Part shown: piece by piece, positions 10,017-20,082 of the stretch
Layout: each line of letters begins with the position of its first letter
How positions within the stretch are numbered: the stretch's first letter is position 1
Virus record (IMG/VR): IMGVR_UViG_3300037560_000207
Coordinates: 32,001-96,000 of that record
Origin: a virus
Reading direction: 5' to 3' (one strand)
Length of the DNA: 64,000 nt
The notes under the pieces: generated by a model
Told to the model about the DNA's origin: nothing
Database searches by the model: none
The model's input: only the letters and a program-made list of their open reading frames with translations
Position numbers and translations under genes: made by a program

Positions 10017-10459
10017 CGACATTGTAATTTATGTTGATATGGCAAACAATAACGGGTTAAATTAAATGGTATCAATCCGACATCCGTTTCATTCTTATTC
10101 AATATTATCCTTACAGCCTTCTTACCACATACAAATGCTGAAAATGTTTCTGCATTTGTCCCGAGACTTTTTCTCCAATCTGGAAGCAATGCTATTCCAT
10201 TACATTTATTGATTATAGCATCTAAATCTCTAATCATACACTCAGCAAATGATGATTCTAAATAACTTCCATGCTCAGCCGGACTCCAAATAGTAAACCC
10301 CTTTTCTCGAAGTAAACGAGCCACTAAGGTAAACATAGGTTTGTTCAATTGCGGAATACCTCGCATACTTCCCGCAAGATAGAAATCATATCCATCTTTT
10401 TTCTTCGATTTAATATAGTTCGATGGTCCTGATAATGCCCTAAAAAATTCATTCCACAT
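9989..10459 (-). CDS. DUF4406 / nucleoside 2-deoxyribosyltransferase-like protein
   Basis: YLAGSMRG...N.P.F...L...G...SPAE...D...I..C..I.LLP.W..S.G...E pattern. Confidence 0.75.
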   Translation of the reverse strand: MWNEFFRALSGPSNYIKSKKKDGYDFYLAGSMRGIPQLNKPMFTLVARLLREKGFTIWSPAEHGSYLESSFAECMIRDLDAIINKCNGIALLPDWRKSLGTNAETFSAFVCGKKAVRIILNKNETDVGLIPFNLTRYCLPYQHKLQCRQFDPHTSE

Positions 10460-10484
10460 ACTATTTATTCCCCTTCATTCTTCA

Positions 10485-11285
10485 TTAGACATTATATTGT
10501 TTCCATTCATTCAGTGCAACTTTACTAGCATATTTCACAATAGTATCCATATTACAATCATAAAAACCTGCGCAACTAAAGCTATTAATTTCCAATAAAT
10601 ACATATTACCTTTCGACTCAGCTATATCTACTGTGTAACACAGATCGGGTTGCCACTCTTGCGTAGCTATTATTCCAGCCAGACGAAAAGATAATGGTGG
10701 TGGTAAATCAGATGATTCTACTGGTAAATATTTACATCCGGTTATTACTTTTCTATCACAGATTACGAAACGCCATTCTGCTGTTATTTTCTTTTCTGGA
10801 GCTACAACAATTAAAATCTCTGGACCAATCGTCTGTACCAGCGATTCGATTTTGTACTTCTCATGTAGTGTAATAATATCACCAGTAAAAGGCTTAATAC
10901 CGCTGTCTGGTCTAACAAATAAAGATAATTGAAATGCAGTAGTTAAATCATCCCATCGTTCTAATAAATCTCCTAAAGGCATCATCATATAACATCTATT
11001 TAAAAGATATTTGCCTAAATAAGCATAGTAAATACTACATTTCATATTTTCAAAATTAGACCATACACCGGGTATAAATCGTGCCCGCTGACGAGCTTGT
11101 CGCACAAAATCAATATCACCATAACAAACAATACAACCATCAGGATTATATATGTCAAAATCTATCTGTTGACCCAAATGAGATTCAATTAGATGAACAG
11201 TCATTCCTTGAGCAGTGACCTTTGTTATCATTAAATCAGTATCGACACCATCCATATTAGTTTGAATTAACCATTTTGGTTTCAT
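10485..11285 (-). CDS. ATP-grasp protein (DUF4343/R2K-like)
   Basis: LFVRPDSGIKPFTG, EWRFVI, VDIA...LLEINSFSCAGFY motifs. Confidence 0.75.
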   Translation of the reverse strand: MKPKWLIQTNMDGVDTDLMITKVTAQGMTVHLIESHLGQQIDFDIYNPDGCIVCYGDIDFVRQARQRARFIPGVWSNFENMKCSIYYAYLGKYLLNRCYMMMPLGDLLERWDDLTTAFQLSLFVRPDSGIKPFTGDIITLHEKYKIESLVQTIGPEILIVVAPEKKITAEWRFVICDRKVITGCKYLPVESSDLPPPLSFRLAGIIATQEWQPDLCYTVDIAESKGNMYLLEINSFSCAGFYDCNMDTIVKYASKVALNEWKQYNV

Positions 11286-11535
11286 GTTAATTCCTCTGTT
11301 AGAATCACTCTAATCGCATTTGCCTGAGCTTTCTTTAATGCTGTTGTTTCACTATCACCCTTTTGACGATAGAAGCAATAAAATCCTTCAACGATCCGGC
11401 GATCCTTCATAGCTCGTTCACTAACCTCTTTAACATTTAACGAATCACGTTTACATAAACGCTCTATGCGGTAGCATAAATTCATAGTAATTTTACTTGC
11501 TCGTCTTAGTTCATCACCTATCATATAAATATTCC

Positions 11536-11841
11536 TTATTTTTCTTTGTTAGGAATAAATGATCCACCAGTTGCAGCCATTTGTTCGAGTACCATAGCTG
11601 GAGATGGTTCCCAACCTCCTTTTTTCATGTGTTCAAGATATTTACGATGATGTTCACATAAGATTGCAGCCAATAATGTGTCTTCATTTGTGATACAAGT
11701 ATCCCAAACACGTGTCATACAACCATTCTCAGATGAATAATACGTAAAACCACCAGCTCCATTCGGCTTGCAAAATAAATGATATCCATTCGGCGTAGTA
11801 CCCAAATCTTCCATTTCACTTTTATCACATTTATTACACAT
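11536..11841 (-). CDS. Hypothetical protein
   Basis: ORF with RBS, coupled to the ATPase gene. Confidence 0.5.
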   Translation of the reverse strand: MCNKCDKSEMEDLGTTPNGYHLFCKPNGAGGFTYYSSENGCMTRVWDTCITNEDTLLAAILCEHHRKYLEHMKKGGWEPSPAMVLEQMAATGGSFIPNKEK

Positions 11842-13060
11842 TATTTACCTCCGGTTCCAAAACAGAACCATCCTCAATGATAACTTGACATTCTTTACCT
11901 TTAGATACACGTTCGAGCCAAATCTGTGCATCGGCATCATCAGCCATCTTAGCTACCATTTCCAAATTCTTTTCATCTAGTAACGATCCTTCTCTAATCA
12001 ATAGCACTCGTAATTTTGGATTCATAGCTAATCCTATAGCTACCGAAATACGGATTTGTTGAGAAGTTGAGCACTGAGTGAATGGAATATCTTCGAAAGT
12101 AACGCCATCATCATCAATCGCTAATCCCTCAATAGGGAATTCAGCCTTAGCTAATGCCTTAGCTTTGTGGGAAACTATCTTAGCCATCTGTGTACCCAAC
12201 GATCCTGATTTTTCCCTTAATTCAGTCAATTGCTGATCAATCTTCTCATATACTTTGTTTTCACGCACCTTTGTATTAATACCCTCAGCATCAGCCATTC
12301 TAGTATGAATAGCTTTATCATCAATCGTTTCTTCATTTCCTTCAAGAGACTTCTGTCTTTTCTTGATATCTGCTTTTAATGCTTTGACTTCTTTCTCAAG
12401 CCTTTGGAGTTCATCAATCTTAAATTTTAATCCTCGTTTAGCAGTCTCTATTTTTTGATTATATTCAAGTGCCTTAGCATATTGCTCACCAAGCTCCTGA
12501 ATCGATAATTCCTGGTCAGGCAATGCCCCATCGTGTTTGACCATATTATCCAGGTTGGCTTTTAAATCCTTACCTTGTCGATTGACTATCGTTCTTTGAT
12601 CGAACAAATCTTTATACTGACCATTTACTTTATCAAAATTTAAGCCCACTAATTTCTTAAGAACTTCAGCTTGCTTTTTAGCATCCATCCTGGAAAATTC
12701 TAATGGATCAAAAGCTAATTCGCCTTTTAGTTTATCCAGCATGGCTTGTGGCGATGGAAAAGTTGCACCATCTTTATTTTTAACAACTAAATTAGTACCT
12801 TTTGGTGTAAAAGTGCGAACAACTTCAATTTCCTTTTCTATATCACCTAGGTCTAATTTGATACGAGCCTTCTTCTCTCCCTTTCGTATTGGTTTATCTG
12901 GGATAGAACCTGCCCCATCTAAAGCATATTGTATTGAATCTAGCGCACAACTCTTTCCGGCAGAATTATCACCTCCAATAACCACAAGTGAACCATCAGG
13001 CTTAATATGAACTACTTTTAAATGTTTAACATTCTCTGCCTCTAAAGCAATTATCTTCAT
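11834..13060 (-). CDS. SMC/Rad50-like coiled-coil ATPase (AAA_23-type)
   Basis: N-terminal GDNSAGKS Walker A, long coiled coil, C-terminal signature-like CSTSQ and LLIREGSLLD Walker B region. Confidence 0.85.
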   Translation of the reverse strand: MKIIALEAENVKHLKVVHIKPDGSLVVIGGDNSAGKSCALDSIQYALDGAGSIPDKPIRKGEKKARIKLDLGDIEKEIEVVRTFTPKGTNLVVKNKDGATFPSPQAMLDKLKGELAFDPLEFSRMDAKKQAEVLKKLVGLNFDKVNGQYKDLFDQRTIVNRQGKDLKANLDNMVKHDGALPDQELSIQELGEQYAKALEYNQKIETAKRGLKFKIDELQRLEKEVKALKADIKKRQKSLEGNEETIDDKAIHTRMADAEGINTKVRENKVYEKIDQQLTELREKSGSLGTQMAKIVSHKAKALAKAEFPIEGLAIDDDGVTFEDIPFTQCSTSQQIRISVAIGLAMNPKLRVLLIREGSLLDEKNLEMVAKMADDADAQIWLERVSKGKECQVIIEDGSVLEPEVNNV

Positions 13061-13282
13061 TTCACTATTCTTTCACTAGAGAAATATCATCTAGATTAAA
13101 AAGATGAGGACGATTAACTTGCGGTCTACCTTTTCCAAAATTCAATTCTACCATATTGTGCTCAGGTTCAGAAGCAAAAGCTTTAATTTTTGCTGTCTTA
13201 CCTATAACAGCAGAGCATTTATCACACTTTTCAATTTTTACTACATCTCCAACTTTCATTTCAACATTCATTTTCCTTCTCC

Positions 13283-13816
13283 TTAATCTTCTAAGATTTC
13301 TCGCCAAAAAATAATTTGTCCATTTAGTTCTAATTTGAATTGCGCAGCTTCACGCAATAGATTCGTTTGTTCGGGAAAAGATTCACATCCACCTGGAAAT
13401 ATATCAAAATAAATTATATTAAATCTTTCTTTTATGTTTCGCAAATATTCTAAAATATCTTGATGTACTAAAATAGCCTTTTGATGTGGTATATATGGCC
13501 AAACAAGATCAATTACTGCCTGTTGTTTTTCTACCACAACAATTTCATCAACACCATCTTTATCAGAAACATTTAATAAATCAAAACCTAACCCGAGACC
13601 AGCAATCAAAACTTTCCCATAAGCCAATTCATGTAATTCTTGATATAAATGCCATTCGTTTTCATCCATTGATGTCCAAACCATAAAAGGATCAGAATGT
13701 TCTATCAAAGATGTATTTTGGCCACTATCTTTAATAATTTCAAATCTCCCTATTCTTTGTTCGGGGATATTATCATAAATTATTTTCCAGTGTTTACAAA
13801 ATTCAGAGATCATCAT
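13283..13816 (-). CDS. Class I SAM-dependent methyltransferase (spermidine synthase-like)
   Basis: VLIAGLGLG...IVVVEK...DLV...IYFDIF motifs. Confidence 0.75.
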   Translation of the reverse strand: MMISEFCKHWKIIYDNIPEQRIGRFEIIKDSGQNTSLIEHSDPFMVWTSMDENEWHLYQELHELAYGKVLIAGLGLGFDLLNVSDKDGVDEIVVVEKQQAVIDLVWPYIPHQKAILVHQDILEYLRNIKERFNIIYFDIFPGGCESFPEQTNLLREAAQFKLELNGQIIFWREILED

Positions 13817-14024
13817 TTAAGTTTCTTTATTATTTGTACACGAAAACAAAAAAGCAACCATCCAAATCCTATTCCATAATGCGCGTTCCCTCGACCGATA
13901 AACCGTGGTTTCCACCAAATAGGTTTTCCATAACCCAACCATGCAGCATAGATATAATCATCAAATCGCACACCCATTGCAAAACCTGTTTCGGGTTTAT
14001 TGACATGTATACAAAGAAATTGTC

Positions 14025-14576
14025 TCATTCCCGTTTTTCCCTCAATTCTTCACGAAAAGAAACCAACATAATACCTAATTCACAATCTTTTTTATGAACA
14101 CCAGGATGATATGGTTCCTTATAATTACCAAGCCTCCTAGTACATTCTGGACAAACACCATTTTCAGCTTGTATATCCTTTTCCATATCTTTTATCCACC
14201 ATCTCATTTTCTTTACTTGACCTTTATGCCATTTAACCACTTCACGAATTGTTGTATTTTTAATATCATAACACTCATATATTTTTGATGATCCTACTAG
14301 TGAACTTTCTGTGATATTACAAACCCATTTTGTACCAGGTTTTTTTTGTTTATCTAACCAATCTAACATCTCTGTATCTTCGAGAGATTTAAGATATAAT
14401 CTAAGCAAGGTTTCTGCCCAACGAGGTATTGAACTCCCAATAGTATCATAAAGTTTCCATGAACGATGCTCATAATCATAAATTTCTAAATATAAACCAT
14501 GATGACTTTCTATAATTCGAACCGAACATGATCCTTCTGCACTTGGGACTATAAATTCAAGTAGTTCTTTCAACAT
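14025..14576 (-). CDS. Hypothetical protein
   Basis: Long ORF in the minus-strand gene run. Confidence 0.55.
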   Translation of the reverse strand: MLKELLEFIVPSAEGSCSVRIIESHHGLYLEIYDYEHRSWKLYDTIGSSIPRWAETLLRLYLKSLEDTEMLDWLDKQKKPGTKWVCNITESSLVGSSKIYECYDIKNTTIREVVKWHKGQVKKMRWWIKDMEKDIQAENGVCPECTRRLGNYKEPYHPGVHKKDCELGIMLVSFREELREKRE

Positions 14577-14590
14577 TTTTCATTTTCCTT

Positions 14591-15004
14591 TTAATCAACA
14601 ACAACCTTAACCTTCATAGGAAGTCTCGTTGCCTCTAGAATTGGCAGATTAGCCTCAGTAGGTACATAAATAACCTCACTGTTGCCGTCTTGCAATCCTT
14701 GAATCCAAAGATATCGAAGATATGCCTCATTCTCTCTCAAGCTTTCTCCGATAATCTTATTGGCTTCTGCTACACCTTTCGCCCGTTCAACTTCAGCAGC
14801 AGCAAGTGCTGTTGCAGCTTCCTTCTTAGCTTCAGCTTCTCTAACTGTAATTTGTCGATTCCATTCAGCTTGTTTAAGTTCAGCTTGTCCAGCCAATCCC
14901 TTTTGCCATACCTTATATGTAGGGACTCCCCATAATACAATACCTATTAATCCTATAAATCCAATTATTACACCAATTACTGATATTTCACTTTTCTTAA
15001 TCAT
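14591..15004 (-). CDS. Membrane-anchored SPFH/band-7-like coiled-coil protein
   Basis: N-terminal TM helix, then EAEAKKEAA...AKGVAEANKIIGESL...YLRYLWIQGL...VIYVPTEANLPILEA. Confidence 0.7.
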   Translation of the reverse strand: MIKKSEISVIGVIIGFIGLIGIVLWGVPTYKVWQKGLAGQAELKQAEWNRQITVREAEAKKEAATALAAAEVERAKGVAEANKIIGESLRENEAYLRYLWIQGLQDGNSEVIYVPTEANLPILEATRLPMKVKVVVD

Positions 15005-15221
15005 TTCTTTTTTCCTTTTCTAATGTCCCAATCGCCTCATCAAGCAACTTAGCCCGTTCTCGTTGAGCTTGGTTCATTATATCATATATTTCACTAATTT
15101 CCTCACCTAATCCAGTTACACTAAATTCAGTATCACAAGCAAAACGATACATCTTAAGAATCCGTATTGGATACTCATCATCGGGTGTAGAGTCTACATG
15201 CATATATTCCTGTTTCATATT

Positions 15222-15707
15222 TTATTCCTTCACATTCAGTGTAACCCGTACAAATCCATGTTTGTCGAGATCAGTCTCAAAAGTACCAACAACTTCTTTT
15301 TGTGCAGCCTCTGTTTTTAAACCAACTTTTCTTATATATTCTAAGTATAATTGTCTAGCACTGATTGATGTAGTAATATCTTCTTTAATTTTTTCAGCTT
15401 CTCTTGATATTTTGTCATGTTTTTCTTGTAGGTCAGAAGCAAGACACAAAAGAATATCTTGGGGTCTCGTGACAGGTCTCAATTCATGCTCAACAACCAT
15501 ACCTAAGTCTCCCCAATGTCTAAAATTAATCTTATCTGATTGAACTGACATGAAAGCTACACCATATACAGTGGATACTCTCTTTGGTATACCATACTCA
15601 TCTTTAAAACCAAGACGTTGACTTGTATCAGTAATTTTCCAAAAATAACCCTTAAATGGATTCTTATTATCATACATCCAATCGCCAGTAGAATATTTCT
15701 CTGTCAT
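15222..15707 (-). CDS. Hypothetical protein
   Basis: ORF with RBS in the minus-strand run. Confidence 0.55.
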   Translation of the reverse strand: MTEKYSTGDWMYDNKNPFKGYFWKITDTSQRLGFKDEYGIPKRVSTVYGVAFMSVQSDKINFRHWGDLGMVVEHELRPVTRPQDILLCLASDLQEKHDKISREAEKIKEDITTSISARQLYLEYIRKVGLKTEAAQKEVVGTFETDLDKHGFVRVTLNVKE

Positions 15708-16008
15708 TCTTCTAATCCTTTATTCGAAGATCACGAGCCCATCTGACGTTTGCCACCGTAGTAATCTATAATCCAAACACGCATTCCTTCTTTTATTTCA
15801 TTTAGTTTCATTATGTGGGTTCTTCTCCATGTTTCCTTTTGAATGGACCATAGTATGCATTCCATAGAATATTGCAATTATTAGAACACCATCCTGCTAA
15901 TACCTTTTTACCAAATCGTTTTAAAACATATCCAGTCCACATTTTGGCAGATTTTCCACATCTTACACATTTGGTTGTCTGAGTCATTTTGTATTCCTTA
16001 TCTTCTTT

Positions 16009-16293
16009 TTATAAATCAAAGTTCTTCTTTTCAGCATCCAAAGCAACTTGATAATCAATTAACAATTCACAAGTTAGTCGAATAGCATCTTCTTTTGCTT
16101 TAGATAATGAATATCTTATTGGCCCTTTTCTTACTTCCGCTGCATAATATCCCTTATGTTCACTTGTAGATACAATAGCAAACCATCTATAATTTGAATT
16201 AGAGGTAGGGTGTTGTAAATAACAATATAAGTTAATACTTCCAACCCGCGCACTAGCGTATTCGTCTGATCCTTTCCAATTAATTTTTCGCAT
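16009..16293 (-). CDS. Hypothetical protein, paralogue of 46276..46590
   Basis: RKGPIRYSLSKAKEDAIRLTCELLID vs RFGPIQKSIKAAQQDAQRLAVELLQD. Confidence 0.6.
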   Translation of the reverse strand: MRKINWKGSDEYASARVGSINLYCYLQHPTSNSNYRWFAIVSTSEHKGYYAAEVRKGPIRYSLSKAKEDAIRLTCELLIDYQVALDAEKKNFDL

Positions 16294-16558
16294 TATATTC
16301 CATCATTTCTTGCACTATCTCAACCACTTCCTTACCTAATGAATTAAGTATTTTCCCTTTATTCTTACACTTGTTACATTGGCCATCTAAGCCTCTTAAT
16401 TGAGAATAACCCCAGCAACAATCACATGGTTCAAAAGCCCCATTCGCAGCTTGTGATTTAAATTCTGATGGTAACCATCCACAACTATAACAGCGCGGTC
16501 GTAGAAAATATGAATCAAACTCTACTGCATAATCTTTACATTCAGGACATTGTATCAT
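16280..16558 (-). CDS. Small zinc-finger protein
   Basis: CPEC, CYSC, CDCC and CNKC pairs. Confidence 0.55.
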   Translation of the reverse strand: MIQCPECKDYAVEFDSYFLRPRCYSCGWLPSEFKSQAANGAFEPCDCCWGYSQLRGLDGQCNKCKNKGKILNSLGKEVVEIVQEMMEYNAKN

Positions 16559-16566
16559 TTTAGCTT

Positions 16567-16857
16567 CTACTTATTATACATTTGCCGTTCATATTCTGAT
16601 TCGGTAACATACGTTAAAACTTTACATTCGTCACCTGTTATCTTCATTTCTCCTCGGAAATATAGGCAATATCTCGGTGTTTTATAAAAAACAAATCCAT
16701 TATTATGATGTTCAATAGTCCCAGAAACAATCACTTGGGGGTGCTTTACGATACACTCATTCTTTTCAATATTTTGTGCAGAAGATAATATATAAGGCAC
16801 AGATACAAAAAATATCACAGTCAATATTACTGCAAAAAGATATATACGATTACTCAT
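16567..16857 (-). CDS. Small membrane-anchored protein
   Basis: ATG at 16857 after an AAGGAGG RBS; one N-terminal hydrophobic helix. Confidence 0.6.
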   Translation of the reverse strand: MSNRIYLFAVILTVIFFVSVPYILSSAQNIEKNECIVKHPQVIVSGTIEHHNNGFVFYKTPRYCLYFRGEMKITGDECKVLTYVTESEYERQMYNK

Positions 16858-16939
16858 TACATGTTTCCTCCTTTTAAATAGCAAGACACAAAAGTGTAGT
16901 GTGCGAAGCTCTTGGTAGCGATCCTCTGGTCGCTATCTT

Positions 16940-16968
16940 ATTATACGTCTATCTCTATCCCTTGTTCG
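16940..16968 (-). promoter_or_regulatory. Promoter CGAACAA-N14-CGTATAAT (minus-strand copy)
   Basis: Reverse complement reads tcgaacaa gggatagagataga cgtataat; drives the leftward gene run. Confidence 0.7.
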
Positions 16969-17076
16969 AATAAATCTCTGAATTTTTTTTGATATATGTT
17001 ATGAGACGTAAAAGAGAGGGGGAGAGATGAACTATACGAGGTTTATCCATCTCTTATTCCCCCTGTATAATTATCT

Positions 17077-17772
17077 TTAGAATCCTACACCAGCCCTAAT
17101 AGTAGGCGGTCGTCTGTAATTGATGGCTTCGATAAAGACAAGACGCCATTCTCTATATAGGGAATACACTTCTCTGTAGTATCTCCCTCCGGTGATTGAT
17201 TGATGATACATAGCTTTACAATAGTCATATGCACGCAATTGAGATTTGTTAAGTTTAGAAATATTGGCCTTTGTTCTCTCAAGAACCGTATGCCAGTGGA
17301 TAACTTTATCTCTAGCGGTATCCCACCATTCCTGCGGGCTTGGTTCTCCTTTGGGATGATTTGCTAGACCCTCAAAAAATGACGCAGTGTATTCGCACAG
17401 ATCACCAAATAATAAATCATCTGGATTAACATTTCCGAAACAGTCTTCTAGGATCATTTGAGTTTTATTAGTTGCGGATAAACGTTTCTTTGAATTCTTA
17501 ATAGCTGTTACAGATTTGAGAGGTTTACAAAAGGAAGCGGGCATTTCCCTTAGAACCCCCAATCCTCGACGCCTTCTTCCTATGGTACTTGTGTCCCATA
17601 GATGGCCGAAACTATCATACAATTTTTGACTGATGTCTTTATCTGATAAACCATTCTTAGACATGTGTTCAAGAGCAAGCATCGCTCCTTTGTTGTTACT
17701 TAAATTCTTTTTGTTCATAACCATTTCCTCCAAGCAAGCTAACCAAAGATTTATACGATCCATCGCTACCAC
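17077..17772 (-). CDS. HTH-domain protein sharing its N-terminal domain with 3673..4599
   Basis: LSDKDISQKLYDSFGHLWDTSTIGRRRRGLGV vs LSDKKIQQRLIEECGYKWTLDTIGRRRRAMGV. Confidence 0.65.
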   Translation of the reverse strand: MVAMDRINLWLACLEEMVMNKKNLSNNKGAMLALEHMSKNGLSDKDISQKLYDSFGHLWDTSTIGRRRRGLGVLREMPASFCKPLKSVTAIKNSKKRLSATNKTQMILEDCFGNVNPDDLLFGDLCEYTASFFEGLANHPKGEPSPQEWWDTARDKVIHWHTVLERTKANISKLNKSQLRAYDYCKAMYHQSITGGRYYREVYSLYREWRLVFIEAINYRRPPTIRAGVGF

Positions 17773-18207
17773 GTAAGAGCAAGACGCAAAAGTTAGGTAC
17801 CATAACTGTGCGAAGCTCTGAGAGCAGCCCTCTTGGCTGCTATCTTATGATACGTCTAACTCCTCCATTTATTGCAGGCCCTCCGATTTTTTTTGGCTTT
17901 TTTGTGGGGTAATAACGCGATTGATTTAGGGGTTGAAAAAGGGGTGTACCCCAAAAGGTGGGTGTTAAGGAGAGAAAAAGTGTACATGAAAAGTTGTAGG
18001 TAATGTGAAAAATGAGCCGGGTATGCCTAACCCCCCGCACGGTTATTGGACCCAGATGAGTTATCGGACCGTTTATAAAACGGGCCGCGCCCCTGTTTTG
18101 TCCTATAAACAGATACCCACGCCTACAAAGTTATCGGACTATTCTTGCTCGACTAGCAAGGAAAGTTATCGGACATAAAAAAGATTTTATTTTACTATGT
18201 TATAGGC

Positions 18208-18236
18208 TTGCATTCTCGGGGGCGGTATGCTACAAT
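18208..18236 (+). promoter_or_regulatory. Sigma70-type promoter (TTGCAT-N17-TACAAT with extended -10 TG)
   Basis: Near-consensus boxes with 17-nt spacing, followed by an RBS and small rightward ORFs; plausible early promoter. Confidence 0.7.
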
Positions 18237-18886
18237 ACAGGTAGAAAGAGAGGCATGGAAACGATGAATTACCAGACTCTAATCACAAATGCAATGGGTT
18301 GGCTAGCCGATGATCCTATCAGAATTGCATGGATTATCGGAATCGTTGTGGTGCTCGGAGCGGTAAACGGTATTTATCGGTCGCTCGGACATTGTAGGAA
18401 TATCGGACATAGTGGGCGACGTATCCTATAACGATAGGGGTAATAACGATGTTTTGGTATCGGATTATCTGGTGTGCGGTGGTAATCACAGTTATCGGTA
18501 TGTGGTAGGTTATCGGAGGGACAAAATGACCATCATTATCGGATGTGTGGTTTTAGTGATTATAGGAGCCCTTGCGATATGGGGCGTGTTTAACGACATT
18601 ACCGGACTATAACAGGAGCGGTAACTATGTTCGGAAACGCTACAATCGACATACCAGGAAACGGAGTTATCGGACCAACACACATGGAAGGATTATCGGA
18701 CCAACTTGCGTTGTGTATGGGACGTATCGCAGCGATGACGTTACCGGATGCCTTCATTACAGTTATACTTGAAGGCGGAATATTGGTAGTTATCGGATGT
18801 GATAAGTTCAACGGCGAGATTGTTATCAGACGTTGTAGTGGTTATCGGGAATATGCCAATAACATAGTAGGAGGGCCTATAATATA

Positions 18887-19234
18887 ATGGGACCACTAGA
18901 AGTTATAGGACCGTATGCTGGTACTGTAATAACTACCAGAAAGACGGACGTTCCCGCGACCAATAACCCACCCAATGGTACTTCTATACTTATCGGACTA
19001 CTCATGCTCCCGTTGGGGTTATTAGCCCTTGTATTTATAGGACTATACGTGTGGGCATACCGATTTCCTTTGTGTCTTATTGGACTAATCGTTATCGGAC
19101 TATGGGCGTGTGCCCATTTTGGGTCCAATAAACCACTAATAAGGTGGCATAGAAAGAACAGATTATCAGACGAGCAACGTGCTAGAATCGAGCGCAGATT
19201 ATCAGACATCGAACGACAGCCGGGGCTGCAATAG
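18887..19234 (+). CDS. Small membrane protein (two TM helices)
   Basis: GGAGG RBS; two hydrophobic segments. Confidence 0.55.
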   Translation: MGPLEVIGPYAGTVITTRKTDVPATNNPPNGTSILIGLLMLPLGLLALVFIGLYVWAYRFPLCLIGLIVIGLWACAHFGSNKPLIRWHRKNRLSDEQRARIERRLSDIERQPGLQ

Positions 19235-19290
19235 TCTGATAATAGTAAAGGCTAGTTTAGTGTGTCGAAGTCATACATAGGGGAATTACG

Positions 19291-19647
19291 ATGAGAAACG
19301 TAGTTATAGGACAGACCGGACGGATTCCATTATCAGACGATGCGATCATGCGTAAACTGTCGCATAGACGAACGGTCCGATATCAGTACGCAAAGGCAAA
19401 GCACGGGTGGATAGCATGGGTTTGCGGACCTTTTCATTCCCGGACCTACGGAGCGTGCGCGTTTGGGACCGATAAAAGAAGGAGTAGAGTCTCGCTTCAA
19501 AGGCGGTTGGCTAATAATTATCGGTATCTAGGTCTTATGCTACACTCGGACGTGGACGATGCAGATAACGTGGGCAACGTGGACGATAGGTTATTGGACG
19601 TGGGCGTGGTCAATAGGGCGATAACTGAAGGCGTTTGTCGCCTGTAG
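19291..19647 (+). CDS. Hypothetical protein
   Basis: RBS-preceded ORF in the rightward run. Confidence 0.5.
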   Translation: MRNVVIGQTGRIPLSDDAIMRKLSHRRTVRYQYAKAKHGWIAWVCGPFHSRTYGACAFGTDKRRSRVSLQRRLANNYRYLGLMLHSDVDDADNVGNVDDRLLDVGVVNRAITEGVCRL

Positions 19648-19868
19648 ATTATTGGACACAAAACAGGAGAAAACTTATGGGACTAACGGTGAAAGAATTA
19701 AGAACCGCTTTAAGGGAGTTAGCAGACGATTGCCAAGTTATATTATCGGTCGAGGATGATAATCCACCAGTACCGATAATCCACGAGACGGAGGCAATCG
19801 GCGCAATTGTCGGTCCTGGGGTAATCAAGATTCTCGGAACAATGCACTACCGCTAATATCTAGGAATC

Positions 19869-19891
19869 GGCCCGATTTTATCGGGCCTTTT
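19869..19891 (+). terminator. Rho-independent terminator
   Basis: GGCCCGAT-ttt-ATCGGGCC followed by TTTT, just after ORF 19635..19856. Confidence 0.7.
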
Positions 19892-20048
19892 CCATGCGCA
19901 TCTCGTAACATTATCGGACCATCACTTTTGCGTCTTGCTTTCATTATCGGACAGGACTGCATTATAGGTCTTGTCTGGAAACTAACTTACCCTGTCTGTA
20001 ATATTGTGGATGTTATTCGACAGTAGTGATAATATCGTTATTTTTATA

Positions 20049-20077
20049 GGAACAAAAAATGGTTATCGGAGTATAAT
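20049..20077 (+). promoter_or_regulatory. Variant promoter GGAACAA-N14-AGTATAAT
   Basis: Same spacing as the CGAACAA promoters; upstream of the HNH-AP2 gene. Confidence 0.5.
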
Positions 20078-20082
20078 AAGTT

